Below, piece by piece: positions 1 through 12,900 of a stretch of DNA of 64,000 nucleotides (within the stretch, counting starts at the first letter, position 1; each line of letters starts with the position of its first letter). The notes beneath the pieces were generated by a model. It was not told where the DNA came from. It was given only the letters and a program-made list of their open reading frames with translations, and searched no databases. Source of the DNA: Marsupella aquatica (taxonomy: Eukaryota > Plantae > Marchantiophyta); contig OZ316896.1 in assembly GCA_973895155.1 (NCBI GenBank), forward strand, positions 5,756,166-5,820,165, written 5' to 3'. The position numbers and the translations under genes are program-made.

Positions 1-912
1 TAAATCTGAGAGTGCAAATGGTCTTAGTTAATAAGACGGCCAGCTCAGACCAAGATCAGTCAACCAGGTTTTTAGATTGATTGTTGAACTCATTTCACTC
101 ACCTATATACTAAAAAGAGCTCAGAGCCACAATACACTCTGAATGTCGTTCCCAACTCTTGCGTCTCTCAAACTTGTTGAATTTGGTTGTTAGTAGTTCT
201 GTGTTTTTTCTTCTGAATTCTGCTTGTTTTTTAATTTTAGCTATGCACACATTTTTAAATGTGCTCTATTCAGTCTCAACTTCTTCCTTTTTTTCCCATT
301 TCCCCAGCTTTTTTCCTTTTTTAATGTTTTCTCCTATGTCTCCCCTGGCCCTTCCTTTTTGCTCCTTCCCTCCCAGCTTCTCTCTCCCCTCTTCCTCCTT
401 GTGGGCTTGTGCCTTCATCCTCTTGATTTTCCTGGGAGGAAAAACTGACCTTGGGTACTGGAAAATAATAAGTATCCTCTAGTGCAACACCTCCAGTCTG
501 TACCATTGTTGCACACAGATTGTGGCACACCATCATGGCATACCCAACATACTGCAAGTACTGTGGTCCAAGCGTACCTTGGTCTACCCTCACGGAGGTG
601 TTTTTGGCTCAATCTAACAGTTACCAAAAAAAATATTTTCATCGGGTGGCCAGGGTGTGGGGTTAAGCCGATTATTGCCAGGCAGGAAAGTCGGGATAGG
701 GTACTATGACAATGTTTGATTGAAGCACTTGGCAGAACCAGTCGAGGAACCAGTATACTTCACTAGCCAGGTTTTGTGTCAAAAATGGATTGAGTTATAT
801 ATTTAAGTTACAATGTTACCTACGATGAGTAAATACAAAGCTCAGTACCAAGGAATTGTGCGTAGAGTGAAGATTTCACTTTCCAAATACAAAACTCAGG
901 GATACAGTGTTA

Positions 913-1614
913 GGGCTAGGTTCCATGGGGCTGGGAGTAAGGAGTACAGATGCTGTCAGAATTTTTAAGCCAATAAGATTGCAGCTTTTCCAAGGACTGA
1001 GGGGTGTACAAATACTGTATCAAGGAGTATGATTTTGCCTCACACTCCCTCCTAAAATTCAGGGGTACCCCTTGCCCTTGTATAAGAACAGTACAGGGCA
1101 TTCTCATTGGCTCCTGAGTCAAAATTTATACATTTAAAATACTGTATACACCTTGGCATACTGTGTATTTGGGCCCTAGGGGATGTCAAAGGGAGTGACC
1201 GTACTCCCTACCCCTGGCCCATGGAACTGTTGGGATATGATCTAGACCGAACGAGACAGCGTCAACACATGTGAACAACATCCAGAAACTCCGACACTGA
1301 AAGTACGTGGTTCACCCCGTCTGGGTTACGTCCACAGCCATGAGAGAAATCCAGTATACACACCCCCGTACACACCGATTACATCCGCCATAGCCAACGT
1401 GCTAGAGCTCATCCTCTCACTCACTCACTATGTCTCTTGAAGAGTGAACCTTCAAATGTGAGCACAAGTTTGTGTTCCCCTTGGGTATACCCCCTCCCAT
1501 GGTTTATGGGAACCTGGAACTCAAACTAGTGTTATCCTAGTATAGTGAAGTCTAGCTAGTACTATGGAAGTATATAGGTTATACTAGAGACATAACCTAA
1601 CAGGAACCTGGCCC
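913..1614. mobile_element. Tourist/PIF-Harbinger-like MITE (~320 bp of its own sequence) whose right TIR is split by a solo LTR
   Basis: Left end GGGCTAGGTTCCATGGGGCTGGGAGTAAGGAGTAC (913-947) is an imperfect reverse complement of GTACTCCCTACCCCTGGCCCATGGAAC (1201-1227) + CTGGCCC (1608-1614) once the LTR is removed. Flanks are TTA / TTT. Confidence 0.6.
1228..1602 (-). mobile_element. Copia-type solo LTR (375 bp) with 5-bp TSD GGAAC
   Basis: TGTT...AACA termini; GGAAC at 1223-1227 and 1603-1607. Minus strand carries GTGGACGTAACC...GGTGAACCACGTA, the motif shared with the other LTRs in the window and typical of plant Copia LTRs. Confidence 0.85.
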
Positions 1615-2337
1615 TTTATGGTGTGGTTTGTGTCTTGAGAGGTCTTTTCTTTTCTTATCTCATGGAGATTTAAGGGTGGTATGAGCCTGACGCCCCCACT
1701 CCCAGTGGCAAGAGACAAGTTCAATGGCAGGAAACTGGGTCTGCCACAGAACCCACTCACTACTATTTCATTCATGGCCACTCAGTTTGGTAATGAATTT
1801 GTATTTTGATATATTTATGTGCGTTTAAAAACAAACAAACTGGAGTACCCTCCCTTGCATCTAGTAATCTTCATCATTAATTGGTAGTTTTTTTGGCAAC
1901 GTGTACAATGAGAGGATTAGTTTTATATCAAAATTTATCTATCCTTGCTGTATTAAAGTGGGTCCTACCATCTGTTCTCTGTGCTTATATGTAATGTCCT
2001 CTTGGTCTGTTTTTGAGACCTTCCCAGTGTGGGCTGAAATTTAGACATAGTGGACATATTGCTTATTAGCTAATTTTTTAGTGATTGTTTTATGATCAGA
2101 TTCCAATCTCTCCTTAGCCATTTATTCTCTTATGCAGCTTTGGCTGGCCGGGTGATTCTCAATTGCTGTGAGAAATGCCCACTCAAGTGACCTCTCACTC
2201 ATGTAAAGTGGCTCAAGTTTCAAGGCTTGGATATGCGTTGTTGAGTGGTAGCTTAGTTGAGTAGGTTTGGAACCTATATGTGCACAAGAAAGTTGTAATT
2301 ATAGAAATCCCAACGAGGAGAACAATCCCCTGCATAT

Positions 2338-2787
2338 TGTTAGGCATTTACAATTAGGTCTAGAGTTATGACTGTAATTGTAGTTAGGGCTAACCTTAGT
2401 CATAGCTTGGTTAGGTTAGTCATGTTACACACTATATTTCAAAGCAGTCGAGTAAGCAGTGTTTGTTTAGATAGTAGTAACTCAGGCTCATTGTTACGGA
2501 GCCAGTTGAAGAATTGAGGAGAACTTGTACGGAGACTCGGTATGGCCTACCACCCTACGGATCCTGGCGGACATCTTGCTTTCAGTTTCATTAGATCCTT
2601 TCTTTCCGGCGGCTAAATCGGGAACGATGGCTTATGGGCCTAGAGTGCAATAAAGTTCTCGTGTGTTCCCGTGGACGTAGCCTCAGCTGAGGCCCAAGCT
2701 GAGGTAAAGCACTTATCCTTTTGAGTTGATTACCTTTGCGTTGGATGATCATGGGCTTGCAGTTGTGAATGTTGTCTTTGCTCACCA
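2338..2787 (+). mobile_element. Degenerate Copia-type LTR, same family as 29819-30167 and 30486-30837
   Basis: Collinear with the 29.8 and 30.5 kb LTRs (TTAGGTCTAGAGTTA..., AGGCTCATTGTTACGGAGC, CCTAGAGTGCAATAAAG, TTCCCGTGGACGTAGCC). Carries an extra ~80 bp near 2555-2635. No clear TSD. Confidence 0.75.
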
Positions 2788-4060
2788 AAAAAATTCAAAG
2801 GGTGAAACAACAGCAAGCAAGCGATGGTTTGGAAGTGGGGCTGGTGAAGGTTGGCACCAAATATCGAGCCTAGAGATTGTCTTATGTGCTGCTTGGTCTA
2901 TATTTTCTTTCTTTCAAAGGTGAAATTAGTAAGTGTTTAATATATTTAGGGTTTACGCTACTCTAATCTATGTATCTAATCTAAACCAAGATAACATCCT
3001 AAGGACTCTCAGGTGTCGAGGCACATGATGCAACCCTAATTGGGCCTTTGTCTACTTTTGCCATTTGCACAACTTATGTCTTCCCTCCCTCACTTGTGCA
3101 CTCAGTCTTTTGCATCTAATCTCCTATATGAACCCCACTTTTGCAATGCCAACACTTCTCCTACGGCAACATGGCCGAGGTGACAGCTGTGCAACACACA
3201 GTGAGACATTGAGGTCAATGTAAAAATCATGTAATCTGTACCTGGGTAACCATTAAAGAATTTATCAATATGCCAGTGTGGCTAATAGTACCTTGAGTTA
3301 GCTAGGAGATGTTTAGCATATTCATTATTAATGTAATTTTCCTGGATTTATTTGTGGGCATTAAGATTTTCAAAGTGTGGCTAATGGACCTTCCAGTGTG
3401 GTGGGAAATTCTCAAATGAGTCCCAGAGCAGTGCTGTAGTGGGAAAAAGTGAGACCCAGAAAGAATTGGCCAATGATTCAGACGGATCTGAAAATTGGAG
3501 CTGGGATTAGGACCCACAAAAAATACCAGTCCCTTCTCCTCAAGTACATTGGCAAAGAGTTGCAAGCTCCAATATGGACTCCGTTCAAACTATTAAACTT
3601 AAATTGAATCAGAACATGGTTTTACAGCATCATTCTCCAACAAGAGGGTCAAATGAGCCCCTACCCTCTAACAAGAACATATAGAGGCTAATTTGGAAGG
3701 GTGGCTTCCAGTGGTGCCCCCCTTCCCTAAGTACATGGCAGCCAATCTCCATTTCCACAAACCCAACCTCCATATTTGATAGAAATGGAGAGAGACCTCT
3801 AATTTGACATCTATTCCCTCTATGTCCTAGAATCCACCACACATTCACTAAATGCTGCTTGAGATTTTGAACCTAGGTACAAGGACACCTACTTTGGAGA
3901 GGCCTGCAAATAATGTGTTACATTTTGGGTTTAGAGTTGCAAATAATGTGTTACATTTGGGGTTTAGAGTTCATTGACCCGTTAGAAATGCTCCTTAAAC
4001 CTCTAGAGCATGGCGCCTCGAAGAAAGCTCCATTCTCCATTCTCCATTCTCCAAGGCATG

Positions 4061-4069
4061 AAACCCTAA
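4061..4069 (+). promoter_or_regulatory. telo-box (AAACCCTAA) upstream of the ribosomal protein gene
   Basis: Exact motif ~130 bp upstream of the bL21m ATG. Telo-boxes are enriched near the TSS of plant translation-machinery genes. Confidence 0.5.
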
Positions 4070-4193
4070 TATTGCAAACTATCCTCGAGGAGCACGGGAT
4101 CGGACATTTGGTGCAAGATAAACGAATTTCATCAGGTTTCTCGAGATGGCGAAGTGGTATGCTCTGTGATTTCGTTTTGCCGATTTGAAGACT

Positions 4194-6090
4194 ATGGCAG
4201 CTCGATCGCTCCTGAGCTGCCTCTCCCATTCTCTCCGCCGAGCACAGGAGAGAATTCCACGGGTTTCCGATCGCCTTCCGTTTCAAGTGCTCTCGTCTCA
4301 AGTCGGTGGTTGCTCCGGCTCTTCCAATCGTTATGACCATGGAGAATTGTTCGACAGATCTGTTACTGGTATTCGCACATTGGGTTCTCTGTCCAATTTG
4401 TTATCTACCTCGGCTGCCATTTCGGATGCAGGATGTCGATCTCTGTTGCCTTTGAATTGGCGAGAGGTGGGATCGGCTGTAAGGGCTTCAGGTCAGACGG
4501 TTTCATACTCAAGCTCTGCCATGGCGATTGAGGAAGACGAGACAGTGCGGCTAGCTGCAGAGATTGGTTACGAGGTTGTGGGCCAGTGTGTTGCCGAAGG
4601 CCCGCGGATCAAGCCTCAGGCGGCTTTTGCTGTGGTTCAGGTAAAATGCGGATGAACTTAAATTGGGGTGTTGGACTGTATCCCTGGTCTGGGTTTCAAT
4701 GCTGTATGCTCTTGAAGACAGAACCCTGAAATGATGCCTGATGAAGAATGCAGGTGTATCTGGCATAGAACTAGATTAACAGCAGATCATGCATAGTTAG
4801 ACCGTCAATTCACTGCAATTCAATCTTAACAAACTTCTAAAGTAGTCGGAATTCATTAATCTTCCCATTTCCATGACAAATGCCTCGATCCACAGGACAT
4901 TATACTTTTCATCTTGTTGGTTATTTGAACCTTGACCTTTCGTAGATAATGGAACCGCGGAGATGGTGTTGTCAGTGTCCATCAGGAAAACAAGCATCGT
5001 CCAATATTTGCTTTCCTTGGAACCCCTGATTTTATATTAGATTTCGGCTCTTTGTAGGTTGGTTCCCACCAATTTAAAGTGACGCCGGGAGACATGATCT
5101 ACACAGAGAAGCTCAAGTATGCGGACATCAATGACAAGGTACATCCTCTAATGATTCGTTCCCCTGTGAATTGCAAGTTCTGGGCCACCAACCTGTGAAA
5201 ATTTTATGCCTCAAATAACGTCTAATTTGAAATTTTCTGAAGCGTAAAGTAGCTCTAGAGTGGTAATTTTGGTGGAAAGGTTTGACATGCATTGTTGCTA
5301 CGTTTTACCATCTCGTCAGACTGGTGTAAGATCGTCGAACATAGGGTAATTATCCCTTTGTCTTGCGTTCCACCGAGTAATTAGTACTCAAGCTAACGCC
5401 TTTGCGAACTGCAGCTACTTTTGAACAAAGTGCTCTTGCTGGGGTCGTTGAAGCAGACAATCATTGGCAGGCCTAATATTCCTGAGGCAGGAGTTATTGC
5501 AGCTGTTGAAGAGATTGTAAGAGAACCGTGTATTTTTCTCTGGGCATAGTAGTGAGATTCAGCAAACAAATGAATGGGAAACCTTTGTCATAGTCCTCCT
5601 GTCGGTGGCTTGGTGCGAGTTGTTTGAATAGGGATTTTAACTTTCCATCTTAGGCCTTAGAAAAAGTAGAAGAAAGGCTCTGGAGAATTGTTGTCAACAG
5701 GTCCGGCGGTGACATCTAATTTTTAGGAACAGATACGCATGGAGCTTTCGGTATTTTTATGGAGAATGGGAGCATTGACAATGTCTTGTTTTCGCAGGCA
5801 TTAGATGCAAAAGTAATTGTTTTCAAGAAGAAGCGGAGAAAGAACTACAGACGTACTAACGGACATCGACAAGTAAGGGATCTAGCATCTTGTACTTCCT
5901 GTTCTCAATTTAAAGCTCGCACCCATGATTTGTCATTAACGTTTGCCGGTTCTGAGCGTGTGCCATTCTCTGTTATTTTTAGGAATTGACAAGGCTCAGA
6001 ATTCTTCAAATTGAAGGCATTGAGGCTCCTGCTTCGGAACCGGATAACCATGTGGAACTCGGGGAGAATCCTGTTGAGGCATATCTTTAA
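4194..6090 (+). CDS. RPL21M: Mitochondrial 50S ribosomal protein L21 (bL21m), 5 exons
   Basis: Exons 4194-4640, 5058-5138, 5415-5516, 5798-5872, 5983-6090, all GT-AG and in phase. Spliced protein: AFAVVQ|VGSHQFKVTPGDMIYTEKLKYADINDK|LLLNKVLLLGS...|ALDAKVIVFKKKRRKNYRRTNGHRQ|ELTRLRILQIEGIE. Arg/Ser-rich N-terminal presequence. Confidence 0.93.
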
Positions 6091-7604
6091 GAATTTTGGC
6101 ACTGGAGGGCCATAGGTGTCTTTTCTCAGACACAGGTTCTGGGCTGATGTACATATCTCACTCTCACTCGACAAATCTCGATGATGTCCAAGAGATCCTA
6201 AACATCCTCGTGTCAAATTCTTTGGGATTTCATGTTTCGCAGCTCACAAAGAGCATGCTTTCGGCTTGCTGCGTGCTACAGCAGTTGAACAGTCCGGTTC
6301 AGGCGAAGTGGTAGTTTTGCACAACTTTGACATCCAGAGTGGCTTGAGTGGCATGTGTACACAACCTGATCACCAAAGATGGCTCGACAATTGCAGACTT
6401 GACTCCCGAGAATCTGAGAACGGTGTACTAATCTAACGATAGTTCTTAGATTCAGAGGGTTTTATCCGTTCTTGAATCGCCTACAATACATGACTGGATT
6501 TGACGACAGTGAGCTGATAATGGCAGTGTACCGTCAAGTTCGGAACAGCAAGTGCGTGTGTCAAGCATGTCGGCTGCACAGAAGCAGGGAGGAAGTTTTG
6601 TAGGGTACTCCCATAATTGGTTTGTGGGTGTTTGCTTTCCTGGCAGAGTCGTGGATCTTGCATTCCGTTTCTTCTGAACTTCCTTTCCTGACTTGGTTTC
6701 CACACAAGTCTAGCAAATTTGCCATATCGCTGGACAACGGGCGCTATGTGAGTCTTACCCCTATCCTCAAACATCTAGTGAATAGTTATCGACTGTTGTC
6801 TGTACAAAAGATCGTTCAAATTTAATTTCTGGATTTAACGTGACACAGGTGTGGTGATGTTTGTGAAACTGTAGGCATTCTGTCTTCGAGAATGTGTTCA
6901 ACGTTTAAAGCTGTCCTGCAACGCCTGGCATCTAAGGTGGTACATTGTTAATCATTTACACATCGCAGGACTATCCATCATGACAATTACCTTCCCCAAA
7001 CTATAGACTGACTATTCATAGATCCGCAATAAAAATCAATATGAACCGGTATACTGCGAGTTTCCGTTGGTCATCCTATGCTATCAAATATGATCCAATC
7101 TGTGAACGAACAGTAGTGCATTGCTACCCCTTGATGACCCGTGTAGACAGATTCCTTGGGCCTTACAGTGACACTTTTCAATAAAACGTAGTTCACCCGA
7201 AGATTTGCTGATATCATGAATCCCTTTGTCGCATCTAGTCTACTCCTTATCCAAATATGAGTATGATGTCAAAATCAATTCAGTCCTACTGGTGGAGGCT
7301 TCACTGTCACCTCGAGAGTCTTGTTTAATGCGTAAAGTAAGTAAAGATAACCAATTTAGCTCTTCTTGGAATCTATATATCGGTGACTACCTAAAGCCCT
7401 ACTGTATCAGAAAGACGTCCGACTTGCCCAACCCTCGCGTGGCACTAAGATGAGTCGATCACATCCACAGGTTATCAAATTGCTTAGTATTATCTTATAT
7501 GCTTCTGTACATTGGCAAAAAGTAAGAAAGAGCTGTCATCGAGGCCATGCACGAAACCTACCATGCACGATGTATGCTTTGGACGAACGGAGGCCCTCAT
7601 TTAC

Positions 7605-9905
7605 TCAATAGATCACTTTGACACCATTGTCATGGTACGTTTTACCGGCCACAACTACTCGATTCCCATCCTTGTCGAAAAAGCGACCGCCAGAAAGTAT
7701 TTGTGGAAACCCTGTGACTACCTTGAAGAAAGCGGACAAAGGTGATAAGACGTCCAAACTTTGCCCACTACCTTGTACTGAACGTATCCGTGGAGCTAAA
7801 ATCTCCGCCACAGTCTCTGGTTCTTCAGCCAGTGTGTTGAAAAATCGGCGAGCAATTGGAGTTGAATCTTTGAGCAATAAATCTGTGAGAACTAATCCTG
7901 GTGAGAGATTATGCACTCCGATACTGGGAATACCTGTGTGGCACAGAAAAGCAGTGTCAGTCCTTGCGGTTCACTGAATGTGAAAATTCAAAAGCTTCCA
8001 CCACTGTAGCCATCGGACTGTGATAGTCAGTCCTTAAAGTACATACATGAAGTAGGAATGACACCCTCAAGCCTCTACATCAGGTGCCACTGACCGCCAC
8101 ATGATCCAGTTTGTTGCAAGCCAGTCTTTGATCTACGTTAGACTGATATCCAATGGTACCTCTTTGGATAAAAGCGTTTAGAGGAAGTCACATGAGGCAG
8201 ATGAAATAGGTGTAAGGTCTTGCAATGCCGACGCTAGACTCATATTCAAATCAGATTCAGCATAGATGCAGACTGCTCAAGTTTTTAAAAACTGATCGAA
8301 AATGGAAGGGTCTGTTTGTGCAGTTGTGTATAATTGCGTTAAGGCGAAAAAATTCGTTCTGATAAACGGTTCAGACATTGTCCACTGTTACAGACCTGCC
8401 GTTTTGAGTTCCTCAGACAGAGACTCGGTGAGCTGAGTCACGGCAATTTTTGTGGCCTTGTGAGTACACGCAGATTTGGTGAATTTCGCTCCCCACTGTG
8501 TGAAACCCATGTTAAAGATATGGTACATGGCTCGCGAGCTCGAAGGTTGCTGTCTCATAAGTCGGATTGCTTCTCTGCAGCACAAAAGAGACCCGACCAC
8601 GTTTGTCCTACTGACACGAATGATTTCATCTGCATCTACGTCTGCAAGAAGCTTTTTCGCTGTCACCTCACCTGCACACTCGAAAAGATAACACGACATG
8701 AATTATGCCCCCGTGCCACATGGGATGACATTCAGCTACTATACACTGACGACAACTGCAAGGATTTATTTAATTGCAAGATACAGCTTACATAGTTTGT
8801 GAGGGAGCTGACATGAGAAAAAACATACCAGCATTGTTAAGCCACCGATCAACGACACCCAATCTCTTTGCAGAAAACTGAACCAGCCTCTCAACATCGG
8901 CATTGTTGGAGACGTCACATGCTATGCCATCAATGAAGGCTCCTTCATTCTCCTGTTGCAATGCTGATATCGCATTATGCAGTCTTTTCTCGTCTCTGCC
9001 GCAGATTATCACTCTATCGTTTAACTCGAGAAATTTTCGAGCCAATGCAAATCCCAGGCCCTTACTTCCTCCAGTGATGACAATTCCCAAACTATCGCTG
9101 TCCGAAGGCCATGTGGTAATAGCACCATTTGTTGTCTCCTTAGACATCTCCTGTCTCATCAATTCAAATTGGTCTCAAGTCAAGGTCTGAATGTCGGACA
9201 TCTGTTTGAAGGACAAAAGACAGGTAAAATTTTACATGAACCCTGGGCCCATTCTACTTACCATAACGAGCGTACAAAAGTTCACGAGAACAATTCCAAG
9301 TCACAAAACCATTTCACCAAAATTAAATTCAGACCCGGGGGCCAGAAGAAAAAGGGACCGGACGTGGTGTCAAAGAATGTCATCCTTCCACAAAACCCTA
9401 AACCCTCCTCACCAAATGTACAGTAGTGTGCGTGCACTAACTTTCGCCTGCTTTATAATTCTCCATGGACGAAGCAAGAGCCCTCAGAGAGAAACAATTA
9501 AGATTTGAAAACCCAAAGCCCTCTGTCAATGACCAAGTCACATGCTTAACGATTCACGAAACAAAACCATCGCTCCACAAGTTACTCAAATCGGGCGTCA
9601 ATATCAACACGCCTCTGGTACTCACTTCTGTCTGAATCTACCTGAGCTATGGGGCCCAAAGCAAGTCTACAGGGGACCCCTTGTCTCCTCTTAATTCTGC
9701 TGCTAGTCTTTCCGGAAACGACTTCTGCAACCCTGGTGTGGGCGAGCAGCACAGTGGTTGGCGAGAGCAGTGACACCCCATTGGACAGGTCCAGGGAGCC
9801 CTTCGTGGGGCGATGCTGGCGATGGCGACCAGGATAGAAAGCATGGCCGATAGGGGGCCAGCGATTGCTTGCAATGGGAAAAGGAGAGAGTGGTGAGGCC
9901 TGCAT
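7605..9905 (-). CDS. Plastid-type short-chain dehydrogenase/reductase, chlorophyll(ide) b reductase (NOL/NYC1) family, divergent
   Basis: Exons 9905-9642 (transit-peptide-like, least certain), 9150-8829, 8671-8396, 7933-7605. Motifs: IVITGGSKGLG (Rossmann), WLNNAG, HIFNMG, HKATK (YxxxK position), VHNLSPGLVLTDLL, LAEEPETVAE, RFFD, all matching the NOL/NYC1 layout. Confidence 0.85.
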
Positions 9906-12900
9906 TGTCGACAGGGTGTGCACGACGACGGGAAGGCGAGAGAGGTGGAGGTGTTGGCATCACAGAGAGAGCATTGTTGATTGTGAATTTGCGTTTTCGA
10001 AGCTTTTTCGAAGTTCCTAACACTGTCGATGACGAGGATGAGGAGTAATTGCAAATCCGGATGTTCGTTCTGTTTCTCGAAGAACGCCTTTTCCTATTGT
10101 ATCAATTCTTCTCTACTTTTATTTACTTTTATAACGAAACAATTAGTCAAACACGAAATTGAAAATTGAAGACTAAAACCTCCATACCTATGTACTTGAT
10201 GGACCCCTAAATTGAAAACTGTTGATTAGTTAATGGACCCAATGAATCTTATGAGGTTTGGGGTACCTTATTTAAATTTAGGTCCATCAAAGGCCTAGAT
10301 CACTCATGGGGTCCATGTCCATAAAGTATATCTCTCTGGACCACAATCACCAATTTAAATGCATGGATGTAGTTTTGCAAGGGATGGACTCTCTTTTCTG
10401 CTCACACAGTACATGTTCCATAGATGCATATAGTACAGATTCCATAGACGAGTGAAATGTAGCAAGAAAAGTCTGTATACATAGATGAGTGAAATTAGGC
10501 AAGAAAATAATATATTCCATAGATGAGTGAAGCAAACTCTACATTGGCCTTTGAAAATTTGTATAGTCAATATTGCATACATCAGCAAAATGTGCCAAGA
10601 AAGAGAGACAGTCATCTTTGGAAATCAATAGGTGTGTCAATTCTGAATGAAATTTGATTATACTAGGCTCATTGGAGAGATCTTTCCAAGACTTTTCTAA
10701 GCAACCCAAAAACATTATTTGAGTGGGTGCACTGGGAGATAGCTAAAACATTTGGCAAGAGCAAAGCGTGGAGAGTGCATAATGGAGTAATTTTTAGAAA
10801 TTCATCCGTCTCCCAATTCTTGATGAAATGTAGAGAATGATATTAAACTGGTTGGAAAGATAATTCCAAGTCACTCCTAAAAAGCCCAAGATGAGCCTAC
10901 TCCCTTGGATATCAAGGGGGAGATTGAAGGTCAAACTGTTGTTGAAAACATTTTGGAGAAGGGTGTCAATGAGTGAAGGTGTAAAAGGCGTCTGCGGGGG
11001 TTGCATGATTCCTGGGCTTGGCCCATAGGAACACTATTTTCACTGAAACACATGACTTGGAGTGATGTGCAACAAGTTGGTTGTGCAAGCTTTCAAAAAC
11101 AGCCCTAACTTAGCAATTACTACTACCATGTCTCCCTCGTTCTCTATAAAGATGGAGACCACATAGAACTGTAAGGAAACAACGAGGTAAAATGCTACCA
11201 ACCTGAGTTTTTTTTTTTAAATGCTACCAATTTTAGAGTTTTTTTTCTGGACAGGTTCCTCACGAGAAACCTGAATGGATGTCTACGTTGGAGTTGGATG
11301 GTCATGAAAGTACAGTGTGATCAGATACTCTGGTATTGTTGACACAAGGATAAATGGGAATTGTCCCATACCATTTACCAGTGTAGTACTATTATTCATA
11401 GTTGGAATGTGCCTTGGTAGTCGGGTATTTAGGTACTAAATAAATGCATTCATATCCCAACAAGTGAGTCTATCCTGTGTCCTATGTACACTGAGATACA
11501 CAGTACACATGTAGGTGGTAGTATATACTGGTAACACCTGTCGGTAACTTATCTAGATTAAGAACTCAGAATTTGGTTAAATATGAGTAGCCAGGTAACC
11601 TGGTCATCAGTTGCCCACAGGCTTAGTGGTAGAGAGGGAAATTCGGTATTAACATTCATTCCACCCAACAGGGTGATTTGTTCACCACCTACACTTAGAG
11701 AAATTTGGAGACAGCGAGTATAGACAAGGGCACTAGACAGGGCCCGGGCAACTATGTATGTGAGACTCATGATGGGGCTCCAGATTGTCTTTTGTGCTCA
11801 ATTTACCTAGTAGAGGCCATGAGAGGTTAGGGAAATTATTAGTCAAATACCTTGGCAATAGTACTAACTTCAAGCACCTTTTCAAAGTCCCCATCTCAAG
11901 TATCCTACCCTGCCTTCTAAGTAGGAAGACAACTACACTACTCACTTTTCTAGTTTGGGCACCACCTCCTGAAGAAAAAGCATATTAGACCAAGATTTGG
12001 TCTCCTGATTTGGGGACACTAAGGGGGGGGAGAAATGTATGGTTTGTGAGGTGTGTCATTGCGTAGGACGTCAAAGCGTTTATTCGAAATAGCGATGAAG
12101 ATTTTGCATAATTCTGCACTTTTCGTTAGGGTCAAGAACATTCTCACAAAGATGGGGCCGATCGGTTGCGTCCTTGTCATCAGATAAAGTGCCTCTTACT
12201 CTTGATTGCTCTCGTGCGATGCGACTAGTTAGAAACTAATTAATACGGGAAACGTATAGGAGCTATTCGTGGAGGGCCCAGCTCGGTGTGAGGGTTTCCG
12301 GAGTGCTACCACAATCATGCACAATGCCCACGTTCCGTCGCGTTAGCATTAACCTCTCATACAAACTGACCGCCAACGGTCGTCACTTCTTCGTCATAAA
12401 CGTTACTTCTAGAGTGGAGAGGAAGTACCAGGAAAAAGAAGTTTAGAAGTAGAACAACAGTGGCAGACGAAACCAAAAAATGGCCAACAAACTCGTCGTG
12501 TGGATTTAAATGATTGTAAAAGATAATTGTAATATTCACCATCTGATAGTGATGGGACTTCGCCAATCTTGGACTGGTTACTCTACAATTCTTTCCCTCT
12601 TGATTCCTTCCTGCATTGGGCTCGACCATGCACCCACAAATTCTGTGAACTCAAGGTCCTTCATCTCCTGTCTGAGCATTTACGAATATTTTGATGAAGG
12701 GTTCTTAGTATGCCAGACAGCAAACGAACCGATTCAGATCTCAAAGTCTTCCACTCTGATTTCGTTCAGAAACTTATATCAGTTGCGACATCGAGTCGAG
12801 CTAAATCCGGTGTTTATCGTAAGCTACGCACCGACTCTCCTTGTTCTGATTTCAGTCTTAAAAGTTAAAGTGTTCATCTATGGGAATCTGAAATATTGAG

